DNA of 64,000 bases. Source: Balanoglossus misakiensis (taxonomy: Eukaryota; Animalia; Hemichordata). The DNA lies in contig CM082579.2 in the NCBI GenBank assembly GCA_040954595.2, positions 3,523,227-3,587,226 of the forward strand. The letters run 5' to 3'. Below, in pieces: positions 26,861 through 40,700 of the stretch (its first letter is position 1; every line of letters starts with the position of its first letter). Made by a program: the position numbers and the translations under genes. The notes beneath the pieces were generated by a model. That model saw only the letters and a program-made list of their open reading frames with translations. It was not told the DNA's origin and did no database searches.

Positions 26861-29800
26861 ATGGCAATGGCGATGTCTCTACGGGGACCATACCGACAGG
26901 TAAGGCTTCAATCCCTAAAATTAAAATGTCTTGTGAAACCTCTGAGACCAGGGCGTGACTGGTAGTTAAATACAACAATATCCGAACGTCACTTTGTAAA
27001 GTGCGAGTATTTTTCCCGTGGAAAGTTTAATTCTTATCCAAACTTCAAAGACACAAGAAAATGTTTCCAAATAACCCGTCTACTTCAGCAACGAGGCATA
27101 TCACGTCGCCGCGGAGAGTAGACATGGCACCAAAAATTGGGCAGTTTATTTTACTGTAAGATTTTCGTTGTTACTATCGCTTGGTGGAATTTTTCATGCT
27201 CACGTTCATAAAACTTTGAGACTGTTTTAATATAGCTCCCATAAAGTCCACCACACGGACAGGAGACACGTGATTGGAATTGTATTACATGTATATTGGA
27301 CTGGACAGACAGCCCTTAATTGTGTGTTGCCGAACAATAACCACGGAGTATGACACACGAACCAAATCAAATGCGTGAAAATTTATATTCCAATAGTTTG
27401 GTAACCGAGTGACGGGCCTGGACAGCCGTACGTGTGTTTATTTAGTCATTCATCGGTATAAATCACTCTCAACCTGGACATCTTCGACCACCTGTCTGCC
27501 CCGCACCGAGGTCGTCTGTAAATTCACGTCAGTGCCATGCTCCGAGTGAACGGGTTTACCCAAACACGTATTAACACTTCCCTTCTTTCTTGCAGAGAAC
27601 AGAACCCAATTTAAAATCGAGAGAATCAGTGGCGACGTCCCGTGAGAACGGAGGCAGTGTCCCTAACGGTAAGCGGGCCAGAATGTTCGGTGTCAAGACC
27701 ACGGGTTAGCTCTCGAGTGTACAGTAAATACTTGGCCGATAAAGCGGTCCTTTGCCCTCCTGAGGTCAATCTTAATCTCACATGCCACGACACTCAAGTG
27801 TTAATCAAACCATGGAAACCTCAGAAACTTGAATATCTATATTGAAACAGCCAATGTTTTTTTCTGGATTCAGCCAGTAGCAGATTTATACAGTTAATAG
27901 TGTATTAACTGAATTATTAAGCACTCAAAACTGAAAATTACGAGCAATGTCACGGGATCGGGACGCGGTTTCATCCCAATCTGCCGGCGACTTGTCGATT
28001 GTTTGTAAGGGTCTACATGTATGGTAAACGTCAACTTTCCACATTAAAACACCTGGCAGATCAGTACACTGCGCACGCAGGATTTCGTCATCACCCCCGC
28101 GTGTTTCCCTAGCCAAGCTAAATTAGACGTGTTTATTAACTTCAGTGGTCAAGTCAACACAAGTCGATTGTGGCGGTTTATTAAAACTTATTCGCCGAAA
28201 CCGTACCTGTTCCCAGGCGATGGAACGTAGTACAGGTTTCCTGCAACAATGGAGAAATGGCAGTCTGCCAAAAGAACGGCAATGTCTTACTATTTGATTT
28301 AAAATCCTCGGGTCGTGCGTTTTATGAATTGTATATTTCATAGGATATCATGATTCTACGTTATTCTCATTGGCTTGACTTTTGACTAGCATTTTTTTCG
28401 TTGTTTTGCTTTGTGCATCGGATTCCACTGCAGTTCTTTGTTCAAATCCCCAGAGCATGATGAAATACCAAGGATTTAGCTTATCAGCACAGCCTGTATG
28501 CAGTCAGCATTGTTATTGTTGAAAATTGCCTGGCCTATATGGACTTTCAACAATTGGTCGTTACCTCAGTAGAGTCTGTGTTGACAAGCAGGACACTGGG
28601 AATTCTAGCATGGTACAATGAGTACAATGAAAAACTATAGTTATACACAGAATCTACTGAAAAATAGCCAAGAGTTATAGATTATGTCCCTTTAAATAGG
28701 TTTCTGCTACCTAGCTAAGTGATGAAAATCAAGATGGCGGATTTTTGTCGGCCATGTTTAATAAATGGAAGTTCATAATGACATTGGCTCATTCTGCAGC
28801 AGGAAAAAGACCGAGGAGAAAAAAAACACCTTAATTACAAATATGTGAATATTTTCTCTGTTTTACAGATGAGGACAACTGTATATATTTCCCAGACGAC
28901 AAGTCTATACTTACCATGTATAGGGTGAGTAGACTTTCACCTCAAACTACCCTGAAAATATAGTATATCATCCCGGTATATCATCAACAGAGTCAGTTCC
29001 TTTGTAACGTGTTATACGCGCGCGCACACACACAGACAGACACATACATTTGTACATATATTGACATCTTCAAAACTTTCAAACTTTTCTCATCAGAGAC
29101 CAAGACGTCGAATTAAAAGCCTGAAAGGTGTCGTCGGGGTCGACGCCGCTGATCCGGGATATCTGAGCAGACACCCGCCGGCCAATTACACATTCGTTGG
29201 CCGTGCACCAGTAGAGGGCGACTATAACGCAAAAGTATGTGCTGATTTAAATGAATAATTGGGTGCAAAGGTGGTGGGCTTTTTAAACGATTTTTCGTGA
29301 AATGGATGTTTATCATTTTAAGTCCTTTATTTACCAGCCGCGATTTTTACATACATACAGTTTACACATAGTCCCTTTTAGGAGACCACATGAAATGCTA
29401 CGACGTGTGACAGACACATTTCAATGCCTGCGTTACAGAGTTTGGTGAAGATTCCTGAGCCCGGCTTCGATCGGACACAGAATGGCCTGAGTTGTGGCGA
29501 AGCTTTGATTTGTCAACCGCCTGTGCACTGGGAATCGGCCAGACTCAGCAAATCACTCTTTATTCCCGTCAGAAGCTCCACCAACCTCACACCGAGGAGT
29601 CCCAGAAAGGGTCAGGCGTACCGCCTCGATTCCAGTCTTACTAGTCGATACGCAACTTCCAGGTGTACTACTGCCGGTAAGGGAATTTGGTGCGAAATGT
29701 GAATTTTGCGGATTAAATAACATTAATTTCAGTCCAGACTCTAACCTTGCGAAATGCGACTTCATCGGTCGTCTCTGTGTTCCTCTGCTTTCAGAGAAAT

Positions 29801-29955
29801 TTTCGTCAATAACCGTTGGGGGCGTACGATACAAGATACAGGAACACAGACCCCCGTCCAAGGTACCGCGATCGACCCCTGTTACCACGGTGACGCCAAT
29901 AAGCATAACGCTGGACATGGATTTCCTCAGGAAGGACAGCATGGCAGAAGACTAG
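26861..29955 (+). CDS. Uncharacterized 234-aa protein, six coding exons
   Basis: Exons 26861-26899, 27596-27668, 28869-28924, 29097-29234, 29439-29676, 29795-29955; all GT-AG, compatible phases (0,1,0,0,1), total 705 nt with no internal stop; MAMAMSLRGPYRQ...DFLRKDSMAED*. Confidence 0.75.
28340..28695. mobile_element. Degenerate MITE-like interspersed repeat in intron 2 of the 234-aa gene
   Basis: 28433-28512 (ttgttcaaatcccc..agcatgatgaaata..agcttatcagcacagcctgtatgc..agtcagcattg) is recognisably repeated at 48562-48653; right end reads TTAAAGGGACA on the minus strand, resembling TTAA-flanked non-autonomous DNA transposon ends. Boundaries approximate. Confidence 0.5.
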
Positions 29956-30625
29956 AAAAGGTTGATCAACTGATACGGCTCACTGATGCTTCGTGACGTT
30001 TCCCCGACCCCCAGCGAGGCATCTATCTGTACTACACCTGTTCTGTTGTTAAATTAGGCCGAAAGCGACATGAAAGTATAGTTTTTTGTTCTAATTCGTC
30101 CGCTCTAAATAGGATTACTGGTAATGGTATGGATGGGTTTACAATGCAATTTTGTTTATTTAAAATTTTTCCGCACGAAGTTTTGATTCATGCTCCGATC
30201 ATCAACAATTAGGCCACCTTTGGCCAATTTGCTTTTGTTTTTTTATGTGTGTGCAATATTTTCTTATGCCACGATATCAAAATACAAGTCCTAAAATATA
30301 CCTGTCAAAAATCTGAATGAGGCGTTCTAAAAGCTGTACTTAAGTGTTGGAATGAAACTTAGTAACGCATATTCGTCACCACACATCGCGCGTACATTGT
30401 ATTTGTGACAGACACAGCTAAAACCATTCCATCTCAACATATGTAGCTTCTTTCAAGTTCCTTTTATTTATCAATCGAAAAGGACAAAATATAAAATACA
30501 TAATTCAATTTTGTAAGGATAAGCTTCCCGACCACCAAATAATAATAGCTGCAAAGAGTTGTTCCAGAATGATGTTTTTTTCCACATCCGTACCATATTT
30601 TCTGCAATGTCTGCGTTTAACAGTT

Positions 30626-31006
30626 TCACTGTGATTTCACGACCAATTTGTCCAGGAACAGCGACTGTTTCTTAGGTTTCCCCGTTGCCACTTTTAGGTC
30701 TCCGGCGGGCTTCTTCGTGCTCTGGCTCTTCCGCACGTCGATAACTATGTCATCGAAGAAGAATCCGTGATCGAGGGCGATGCCCTTCTCCGCCGCCATA
30801 GCGTCGTCCCTGAACGAGGACAGGCTGTACATCATCAACGCCATGCTGACGAAGGAGAACGAAAGTATCAACGCGAAGGCATACTTTGGCCGAGTCTTCA
30901 GGGCTGTCCGCCAAACCCTGGCAACAATCCGACTCTTGGGTTTGACGCCGCCTTGCCGCCACTCTCGGCGCTCTTTGAACGGGTATTTAAACTTCTGCGC
31001 AGGCAT
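30626..31006 (-). CDS. Small (126 aa) single-pass type II-like membrane protein of unknown family
   Basis: ATG at 31006 (MPAQKFKY...) in an exon with acceptor cttgcag| at 31098 and upstream donor |GTAAGT at 31266; basic N-terminus, hydrophobic YAFALILSFSFVSMALMMYSL segment; AATAAA near 30463-30468. Confidence 0.7.
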   Translation of the reverse strand: MPAQKFKYPFKERREWRQGGVKPKSRIVARVWRTALKTRPKYAFALILSFSFVSMALMMYSLSSFRDDAMAAEKGIALDHGFFFDDIVIDVRKSQSTKKPAGDLKVATGKPKKQSLFLDKLVVKSQ

Positions 31007-32049
31007 GGGGTGTCTTCTAAGAATGCCGAACGAACACACGACTAGGGAGGCCAAGTTCCGTCGGTTGTATCTCAGCTCACCTCCGGTTCAATTTTAATCT
31101 GCAAGAAAACGTGAAATTCACGTGAGTTCACCATCGATTGTACCACAGAAGCCCAACAGACATTAATCATGTTAATAGTGCCGTCAGCTGTACGTTTGGC
31201 GCAGTATTAGGTCTACCACACACCCATTGACGACGTGGCCATTCGAACGAGAAATATTGTACTTACTTTTTTCAGCGCTCTGTGCAGCTTTTCAAAACTA
31301 CACACCCATATCGCCTGACCTCCGTTTACTGCTAATTTTCCGTATCCGCAAAAAACATTTCGCATTGTCATACGTTCGCTTACAATTTAATGAACTCTCG
31401 TACACGCCTATGTTCCGCCCGTATCCGTGTTTTTATTCTATAGCCTGTGGATGAAAGTTGCTAGATGCCTTGCGCGCTGACACACACATTAGCATCACAA
31501 AGAAGAGTCACCATGTGTCGTCGACCCATGTACGTACTCAAACTGTACTGTGATCTCTTTCCATTCATGTACATGTTGTTAAAACTTAAAACTCCAATAA
31601 CTGCAGTGCCATTTTGGCATTCTTTTCATGATTTTAATTCTTAAGCATATGCCAAAAGTGGCAGCTTATTGGGGATTTAAGATTTAAGAGTTTGTGTAAA
31701 ATGATTGGAATGAAAAAAAAACAAAGACGATTTTCTAATGGGAAATACACAACAAAATTTATTCAAATTCAGACATTGCATTGACATGATAACAGAACGT
31801 GCATTGATCAGTTTACCCCAACAAACTCTGATACACTGTAAGCCCCGTCCAGACTACATGTACTTGAAACAGAAAACAAATTTCATGGTAATTTAACTGC
31901 ACACCTGAAGCGCGGAATCGATTAAGTATCTACAATTTGCACCTTGGCGTTACGTATACTAGGCAGCTGTACATTTGAGTGGTAATCTTTAGATTTTTTC
32001 CCAACACAAAAGAATGTTGAATGTTCAAATTATAGTAACGGCATTTCAC

Positions 32050-35000
32050 TCATTGTAACTGGTCCAACTCGTCGGGCTCCGAAGAACCTCCCGGTGCGGC
32101 TGCTTTCAGCGGTTCCGACTCGGGATCTCGGGGTCTCTCTTCGGCTCCTGGAGAGATTTCCTGCAAGGCTATCTCCTGTAGCGGCTCCGACTCGGGTTCT
32201 AGAGGTTTCACCGGCGGCAGCTGGTAGACATTGGGAGTCGCCTTTTTCGAGGGTTTGTACACCGGCGGTAGTCCGGCGGTTATTGGCTCGTACCCTGCCT
32301 TGATTCTGTGCTTTGTCAGTACCGGTCCCCAGTCCCAGGTTGGCTTCAACGATGTTCGGAGACGCTGTAAGAATGGGCACGTCAACTTATCATCATGACA
32401 CATTGGTGATATCCTAAGAATAGATGCCAATGCTTATCTGCATTTAGAACAGTTTGTTATCACAAACAAACAAACTTACTTCTAGAAGGCTGCCATGTCC
32501 TGTTGCTATGGGAATCACCATATACAGAGGGACGGCAGCCATTGATGACGCGGCCAATATCCAACCTACAGCTTCAGCCCAGCCGGGGAATATGTAGTCA
32601 TTGTACGAAGCAGGGGAATACTTGACAAAACTGAATATCATGACGAACTGGAACAGAGTCAAAATGTGTTATTTTAACCTCAACCTGGTTCCTTGACGGC
32701 AGACACCTTTCTATGGAGTAATTTGACACTCTTTGATTGTTTGCGATCGGTGTCAATTGATTGGTTGGGTCACAGCGTAATAGAGAGACTGTGGTTGGGC
32801 CAGTAAAGATTGGAGTGACAGTTAGTGCTAGAGTTGGCGTTAGTGATGTTAGTGATGCTGAAAAAACTTGTAGTACAATCAGGCAAAACTTACTGTCATG
32901 ACTAAAGGCGTCAGGGCCATCCAACACACTACCCACCCTACGTTGTTCGGAAGGACCCCGGGCAGCATCGACCGTATGTCTTTTCTAAATCTCCTGATTC
33001 CTGCAGTGAATGAGAAATATTTCGTGAAAATATTCGTGGGCATTGGTAACACCGAAGCTAACATTTAATTCTTTTTACAAAATATTTGTCGTCTGCTTAC
33101 CGTATATATAGCATATAACTATACACATTATAGTGGCGATGAATAGGAGTGAGAATCCTGCCGAATACCAGTCCATCAACGTCAATACGTAAATTCCGCC
33201 CTGGAAAATCAAGTATAAAGTAAAAACTGCATTTAGTTTCTTCATATGAGCCGAGTTTTTATAATAAGGACCGTTGACAAAAAAGATATATTCCCTTTAC
33301 GATGTTTTTAAGTCGTTTTTTTTTTCCATTCAGTTCCCTTTTTTCAGTTTTCTTCATAACCGTATCTTTCGTAATTTGTTCGTAAGAAACTATGTGCGAG
33401 CAATCATTTGCACATTTAAACACACGTGTCCTTCAACATACCCTGGTCGTGCACGGTAGACCTAAAAGAAACATGATGAACGCCACGATGGCGGTGAGAA
33501 GCGGTTTCCGTTTTCTCAATCTGGACGGGAGTTCATCAACTATGGCTGTCATCACCGTCTCAAACATGGCAAACTGCGAAAGAAGAAAATAACATAAGTT
33601 CGTGAAGACCAGACTGACAACTGTTTGCAATATATGCGATATGTATACATACATTTCTTGATCCCTCGTGAAATATGTTTTGGTTTCGATCAACTGGTCC
33701 GCAGCCTTCTTACCTGACTGTCAAGTCCCAGAGTGAATAACATGAAAAAGAAGATGAACGACCAAAAAGGCGCCGCCGGAAGTCGACTGACAGCTTCCGG
33801 GTAAACGATGAATGCCAGCCCCGCACCCTCGTCGACCACTTCACTGACTTCGACGCCGCTGTCGTGCGCCATGAAACCGAGAGTTGAGAATATGACAAGG
33901 CCTGCATAGACACTTGTACCGCAGTTCACCAGTGAGATTATCAGGGCGTCTCTGTGAGAAGAAGAAAGGCGTGCAGGCACAGTCAGCTTGTCTTCCACAG
34001 ACACTCTAGATAACTAGCGCTATATGATCACAGGCGTCCATCGTTTGACTAGAGATGTATCAGTAATTGTACCGTTTTGCGACGACAGAGAGCCCGATAG
34101 CGAACTTGAAGACCTGTTCAAGCCCTGACGTACCTGCATGCATTGTTGTGAAACTTGTTGTAACTCGAAAATGTGATGATTGTTCCGAAGGCAATTCCCA
34201 GCGAGAAGAAAATCTGACTGGCTGCATCTCGCCATACCTGGTGAAATGAAAAAAAAATAGCTGAGTTATTGAATTTTTTGGTTTAAAATATATACTCACT
34301 GTGAAGAAGGAACACTGAGAGAGAGAGAAAGAGAGAGCGAGAGACAGACAGACATGCAGACAGACGGAGAGAAGGAGTGATTTAATCGAAGTAGACCTAC
34401 CGTTGGATCCGTTAATAATTCCCATCTTGGTTTTAAGTAGAACTCCAGACCTTTACCGGCGCCGGGCAATGTTAAACCTCTGATTAGAAGGATCGTCAAC
34501 ACAAGGTATGGAAAAGTTGCCGTGAAATAAACCACCTTGAAACCAAGTAAATAGGAGAAAATATGAGATATGAGTAATATACTTTGCATTTCGAGGAATC
34601 GCGTTTTTCTGTTCGAAAATCGAGGGCCTCCCCCCCTAGCAAAATTCAATTGAAAGTAGAAATGAATATGAAAGTTGAAAGTTCCTCGTCAAGTCCGCTA
34701 CATCAAATTGTGCGTTTCGTGTTTTTCCATGATCATCTCACCTTGCCAGACGACTTGATGCCTTTGATGACGCAAACGTAGACAACAGCCCAACAGAACA
34801 ATAGAGACAACGCCAGTTGCCAGCGGATACCGCCGAGATCGTCCATGTTGTCAGACATGTCCAGAACATACCGACTGAAAATAGAACATAAAGTGGCATG
34901 AATCTTTTTTCAATATTGATTGCTCAGTATTAACTCTGTAAAAATAATAGCGCTAGTTTCAACAATGCATAAACCCACGAAAACACCCTACACTTACTAA

Positions 35001-36595
35001 TAATATTCCTGACTGGGCCATATCTTTGTGGTTGTCTCGTACGCTGAGCCCGAATTATTCACCCTTACATCAAAGCAACTGTCGCTGTTCCAAGAATGGA
35101 TGCATCCAGCCCAGGGAAGTTCAGAGCTCAACGACGCAAACAGGTAAAATACCGTGTAGCAGACGATCACATTGTAGTAGATGACAACCAGAGCCGAGAC
35201 GATCACCATACCATAACCGAGTCCTGCCAGTGTTCAAAATGATGTGGAATAGTCAGTATACCGGGTAGCTAATAACACTATTTCAACAGTATTTGAAAAA
35301 TTATGAAGATAATTATATCAAAGATGTACCTTTGAATAGCGGGCAGACCTTCCATATAGTGATACAACCCAGACTGGCGAACTGACCAAACGCCAGCTCC
35401 AGATAAAACAACGGGATTCCGGCCAAAAGCAGCATCAGAAGATAGGGTATAAGAAATGCACCTGGATATAAAGAGACATACGGATTATATTTCATTTTGA
35501 TTGACGCGATGGCTTTCTTTTTCACTCACGTGACTAGCTCTCTGTCCAATCAGAGACTGTCACTACAGGGTATACGTACATTGGGCCATAGACCCTGTCG
35601 CTCAATATCACTGATGTACAGTGTTGCCTTTCTTAGGCCAGCTACTTACCGCCGCCGTTTTTGTAACAGAGGTAAGGGAAACGCCAGACATTGCCAAGGC
35701 CAACAGCAAAACCTATCGTCGACAGGATGAACTCCGCTTTGTGACTCCAGTATCCTCGTTCGTTTTCTTGTTCCTCGACAGCCTCCGCGTCACGGTGCTC
35801 CCGTCTACTCGTCTGAAGATGAACGACAGGCATACAATAGTTTATGTTCTTCTCTATAGTTGGCTTATACAAGAGAACAAGGGATTTAAGAGTCAAGGCC
35901 AATGTAAAAGTGGCCCAAAATAAGACGGAGTACTTGACTGGGGTGCTTTATGTACACCGAGACACGTGTTGGACATACTGGTATCAGATAGGCAAGGGAA
36001 ACCGTGCCCGCTAAGGTCAAACTGGCATTGTGTCGTGGAAAAAAAAGCAAGAGCACGTTGTACCCCGCGGGTGTTATTTCATAAGCAGGGTTTGGCTGGG
36101 GACACTCGTTGTTCCCACGGTGATATTGATGCTAATACCCACAAGCGCGATTGTATACCGGGTCTTTGGAAATTCTCTTTTAAAGGCCAAAGTAGAAAAT
36201 GGTCCATCTGAGAACACATTGTTCTTGATTCCTGTCTAAATATTTTGAAAAAGCCAACGGACAGGGTGATCGTATTTATAGTACAGACCGACCTAAGAAA
36301 CCAACAGTCGGTGTGAATTATAATCCCGAAATTTCTCGCATTTTTTGCTATCCATGGATATCCTGCAGGATAACTTTTATCAATGACCATTAGAAATGTC
36401 TGAAAACCCGGTTAAAAAAAATATTTAATGTTTATATCAGCTTACTCGTACTAATAATATACCTTTTGCCCAAGTGGTGACCCAAAGTTGGCCATGACCG
36501 CAAAGCCGGACACTCACCTGTGACTCTTGATGGGCTCTCTCCCTGACGTCATCGCGTTTCCAACGACCGAAGCAATCACGCATGTACTTGGCCAT
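32050..36595 (-). CDS. SLC6 sodium/chloride-dependent amino acid transporter, paralog B (GlyT1/PROT-like), 676 aa
   Basis: 13 exons: 36595-36518, 35812-35650, 35461-35330, 35223-34998, 34874-34742, 34535-34401, 34237-34134, 33951-33714, 33573-33442, 33200-33101, 33000-32894, 32647-32480, 32364-32050; NSS signatures [56 protein letters not shown]; AATAAA at 31763-31758. Confidence 0.95.
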
Positions 36596-37702
36596 GTTTG
36601 CATCTCAAGACGCAATTAACCGCGATCAGGCGCTCAAACTTTACAACAACTAGACCAAAGTATGTCCCTTGCCCGGTTTACTAGTACATGTATATGTTAT
36701 GATCACGCATGCCGTTTCTCTTCGCGCCATGCAAATTGCGTTCAACCCCTTTTCTTGTGAAAAAGTCATGCATATGTAAATCAGGCGACTGATGGATTGC
36801 TTTCTTTGTATAGGACCTGGATTTGGATAGGGTTGTCACCCCCTTGCGGGAGAGGGGGGGGGGGGAGAGGATGCAGTATCAATACCCTCTGTTGACCATC
36901 GCGCAGTTAAAATTTGCACATGCATGTATTTACAAATATATGAATGCTTCGACTAAAATAGCGTGCGACGAAATAATACATGTACTTTTAGTGGCTCAAC
37001 TGATCCGACCGTTTCCACGCTCTGGTATAATGATAACAATGAACCTGTTATGAAGAATCGTCAACTGCTTGACATGGCATTTTGCCAGCCTCTGCCTGAG
37101 CCGACTTTCATTACAAAGGTTGACATGAACCAGAAACCTTTCTCCCACTTTTAGCAAACCATTCGAACACAGGTTACTCATAAAACAAATCTTCGTAGAC
37201 ATTTCGGAGTTTCGAAGGCAATTTGCTACGTAAGAGCCTATAGACGCAGGTATTCTGTGTGTGAAAAAAAGTTGTATGAACACTGAGCATCAGTGTACTT
37301 TCAAAAACAATGGCTGGTTACAAAGCTTGAGCCGATTTTAAATTATAATGCATTTTATTTAAAGGGCAGCTTTAACAAATAGAAATATTACAACATCAAG
37401 GTTAACATCCAAGTTCAAAACATACTGTGGCAGAAAAATGTCAATCGCTTAAAATATGCCTAACATAAATCGCAACTGAATCTATTTTAGCTAAATTACA
37501 TATTTCTGAAATGCGAACAATATCTCTTAACCACGTGATCAAAGTCTATCACACATGCACTGATTCGTTAAATAGACCCTAATAGGTAAATAAATACAAA
37601 ATGTATAGGCCGTGATATTTTTCAAGGTATGCTATCTATACGTAAAAATGAATTACATAAGAAATAAATCTACTTAAAACCTCAAATATTTCCCTGATGC
37701 AA

Positions 37703-40700
37703 TCATAAAGCATCTGTCGCCGACATCTTTCCGTTCGTCGCGTAATCGGCGGATTTCGAGGCGTAGATACCTGTGCGATGTTGCTGCAAGGCGGGACCCC
37801 ACTTGGCAGTTGGTGTCAATAGGTACTTCATTTTCTGTAGCGAGAAAAAACAACATGATTAATGTATTTTACAAGTGATCCTTTTGGCGGATACACATGA
37901 TAATCAGATAAAAGTAGCGGCTAAGCTGAGTCCGGACTCTTATACCTCGTGGTTTTCATAGACTAAGTGGCTCAATGTCCAGTATGGAGCGTGAAACGAT
38001 TGGAAAAATGTCCGCCCCTCTTAATAATCTTTTCGCGGTTTCCGTTCGAAATGAGTTGTGGGTATCGTGGCGAAGCTCTCCCCAAGTACTTACCGCCAGG
38101 AAAGTGTCGCCCTTGGCAACGAAGCAGAATTGGATGACCATGAACAAGGGCACCATGGCCAAGGAAGCGGCTGCCGTTAACCAACCCATGATTTCACCCC
38201 ATTCGGGGTAGGTGTAGGAGCCGTAATACACCGGTGTGTAGTCGACCAATCCAAACACAATGATGAACTGAAAGAAGGAGAGGGACAGTGTAAGAGGAAC
38301 GCACTGTGTCGCTAAAATATGCTTTCTGCGTATTGGTTATCAACAACTTTGATACACAATCAATAATTTACGGATCGTGCATTCAACTGTAGTTCAAGAA
38401 CTTCAACGTCATACACCATACAGTCTGTGGTTTACAAGAAGTCACGGCGAGAAAATGGAAAGCAACTTATCGGAGGGGAGACTATCCTCGCGGAGGAATG
38501 AGAGATAGCCACAGCGCCAACTTACCAACACAATGGCGGGTGTGAAGAAGCACCAACAAGCGGTGAAGTACGGCCACAAACACGGCGTGAAGCCGAGTAT
38601 CATTCGAATGTCACTCCAGAATCGACGTACACCTGGATATTAAACAAACAACGGAAATTACACTATAAGTATTTTCATTTGACGGCGTCCTGTGCAAACA
38701 CCTGGCTTTAAAAATTGACGTATGGTCGAATTGGTTACCCGTCTCCGCTTAGACGATAGAGAAATGAATGAAACACACACACACACACCATCACTACCAC
38801 AAAACTATCGCGATACCCGGCCAGGCTCACTGACACCACAGCAGAGTTAGTCCGTGTTTCGCATTTTCTTACCGTAAACGTACGCGATAACAAAACATTC
38901 GAACACGGAAACCAACATCAAGGATATCCCAGCGCTGTACCAGTCCATCATTTGAATGAGATACATTCCTCCCTATCAACACAGAAAAAAATATGAAATC
39001 AGATAAAGAGTTCTCACTTTCGCTACAAACGCTGAGAAACAACTACAAAATTAGGAGTAACGTACCTCAGTAACCATTGGCAACCCGAGCAGGAAAAGTG
39101 CGACACAAATGAAGAAGACAAAGACGGACTTCCTGCGACGCAGCGACGGAAATTCGTCCATGAAAGCGCTGATCACCGTTTCCACCATGGCAAACTGTGG
39201 ATATATAAAATACATGTATTCAGTTTTATTCAAAGCAAAGAGCGTTCAGTTGCCGAAAACGTCGAGTAGCAAAAATTGCGCCCCAAAATGAAGATAGGCT
39301 TTTTAATTGGCTTCGAGTAAAAAGGAATGTCGTACCTGCGTGTCCAATCCAAGACTCAAGATCATGACGAAAAACAGGATGGCCCAAATCTGTGACACTG
39401 GTAGACGGGATACAACCTCTGGATACACGACGAATAACAGGCCCGCTCCTGGATGTTCATAAGATAAGTCAGCGATGAAAAATATGGTAATGAATGTATT
39501 GTGCGCAAGTATGCAAAAGGAAATTATGCTATTAACATGACAGGAATTTGTTGAAGAAGCTCCGAGTTCAAGAAGGCTACAACACTGACATTCTCTTTTC
39601 TAAGTTAGGCGTTGGCATATTTGAGAAAGCACTTCATACCTTGTTGGACCACTTTGTCCACGGGCACTTGCAGCTCGTGAGCCATGAATCCGATGACAGA
39701 GAAGACGACGAACCCGGCGAAGACACTGGTGCCGCAGTTAATCAATGGAATGACCAATGCGTTTCTGAAAACGAAAAAGAAAGAAAGGATGATGCCCTGG
39801 TAATTAATTTATATCAGCACACTGTAATCGTGATGATTGATGTCTCTCTTTGACATTGCAACAAAAGTCAAGCGTTGTATCAAACTAGTATAGGTGCAGA
39901 GTTTAACTGTTGTGTCGTGTAACACGGCGGATAACATGAATATCCTCCCGTATAAAACTGACTAGCCACGCGAAATCTCGCAGCATCTCGTTGGATCCGG
40001 AAAATGGCCCACTGAAACATGACCGATCGGGGCGAATACGACAACTTCCCACTAACGCAGCTCGACAGACACGACGCATGGCGAGCCAAAAAGAGAATGC
40101 AGATGGTGACAATGAATCTCTCACCTGTAACAATTGTTGTGGAACTTATTGTAGCTGGCCATAGTGAGCAGTCCTCCCCATCCAGGTCCGAGAGAGTAGA
40201 AAATCTGCGTGGCGGCGTCCTTCCAGATGCGAGCATTCCGCAGAGACTTCCAGTCGGGTGTCATGTAAAATTTGATCCCCTCATTGGCGCCGGGTAAAGT
40301 GAGGCCCCGGATGAACAAGATGACGAGAACCAGGTAAGGGAAGGTCGCGGTGACGTAGACCACCTGGAGTGGGAAACGCGGGATTTCTTATTGGTTATTT
40401 TGTTATTTACACACGGGAGTGCAAAACACTGTACAACTATTAGGGAGCGACACCCTAATAGTCATCACACCTAACTCCAAGTCGCAATGACCATGACACT
40501 CACCTTGCCGGATGACTTGACGCCCTTCAACAAGCAGAAAAACACGATAACCCAGGCCAGCAACAGAGACAGTGCAATCTGCCATCTGATAGAACCGAGG
40601 TCTTCAAGACCGTCGCTAAGCTGCAGAACTTTGTGCCTGTGGAGTAAAGAAGAAACGGGAAGCGGGGTTAATGAGACATTGATGGCGAAAATGATGAGCG

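Noticed and set aside
33101-33200. Missing TM10 glutamate in SLC6-B as a sign of inactivation
   Set aside because: GlyT1 has the same IMC pattern and the gene is otherwise intact.
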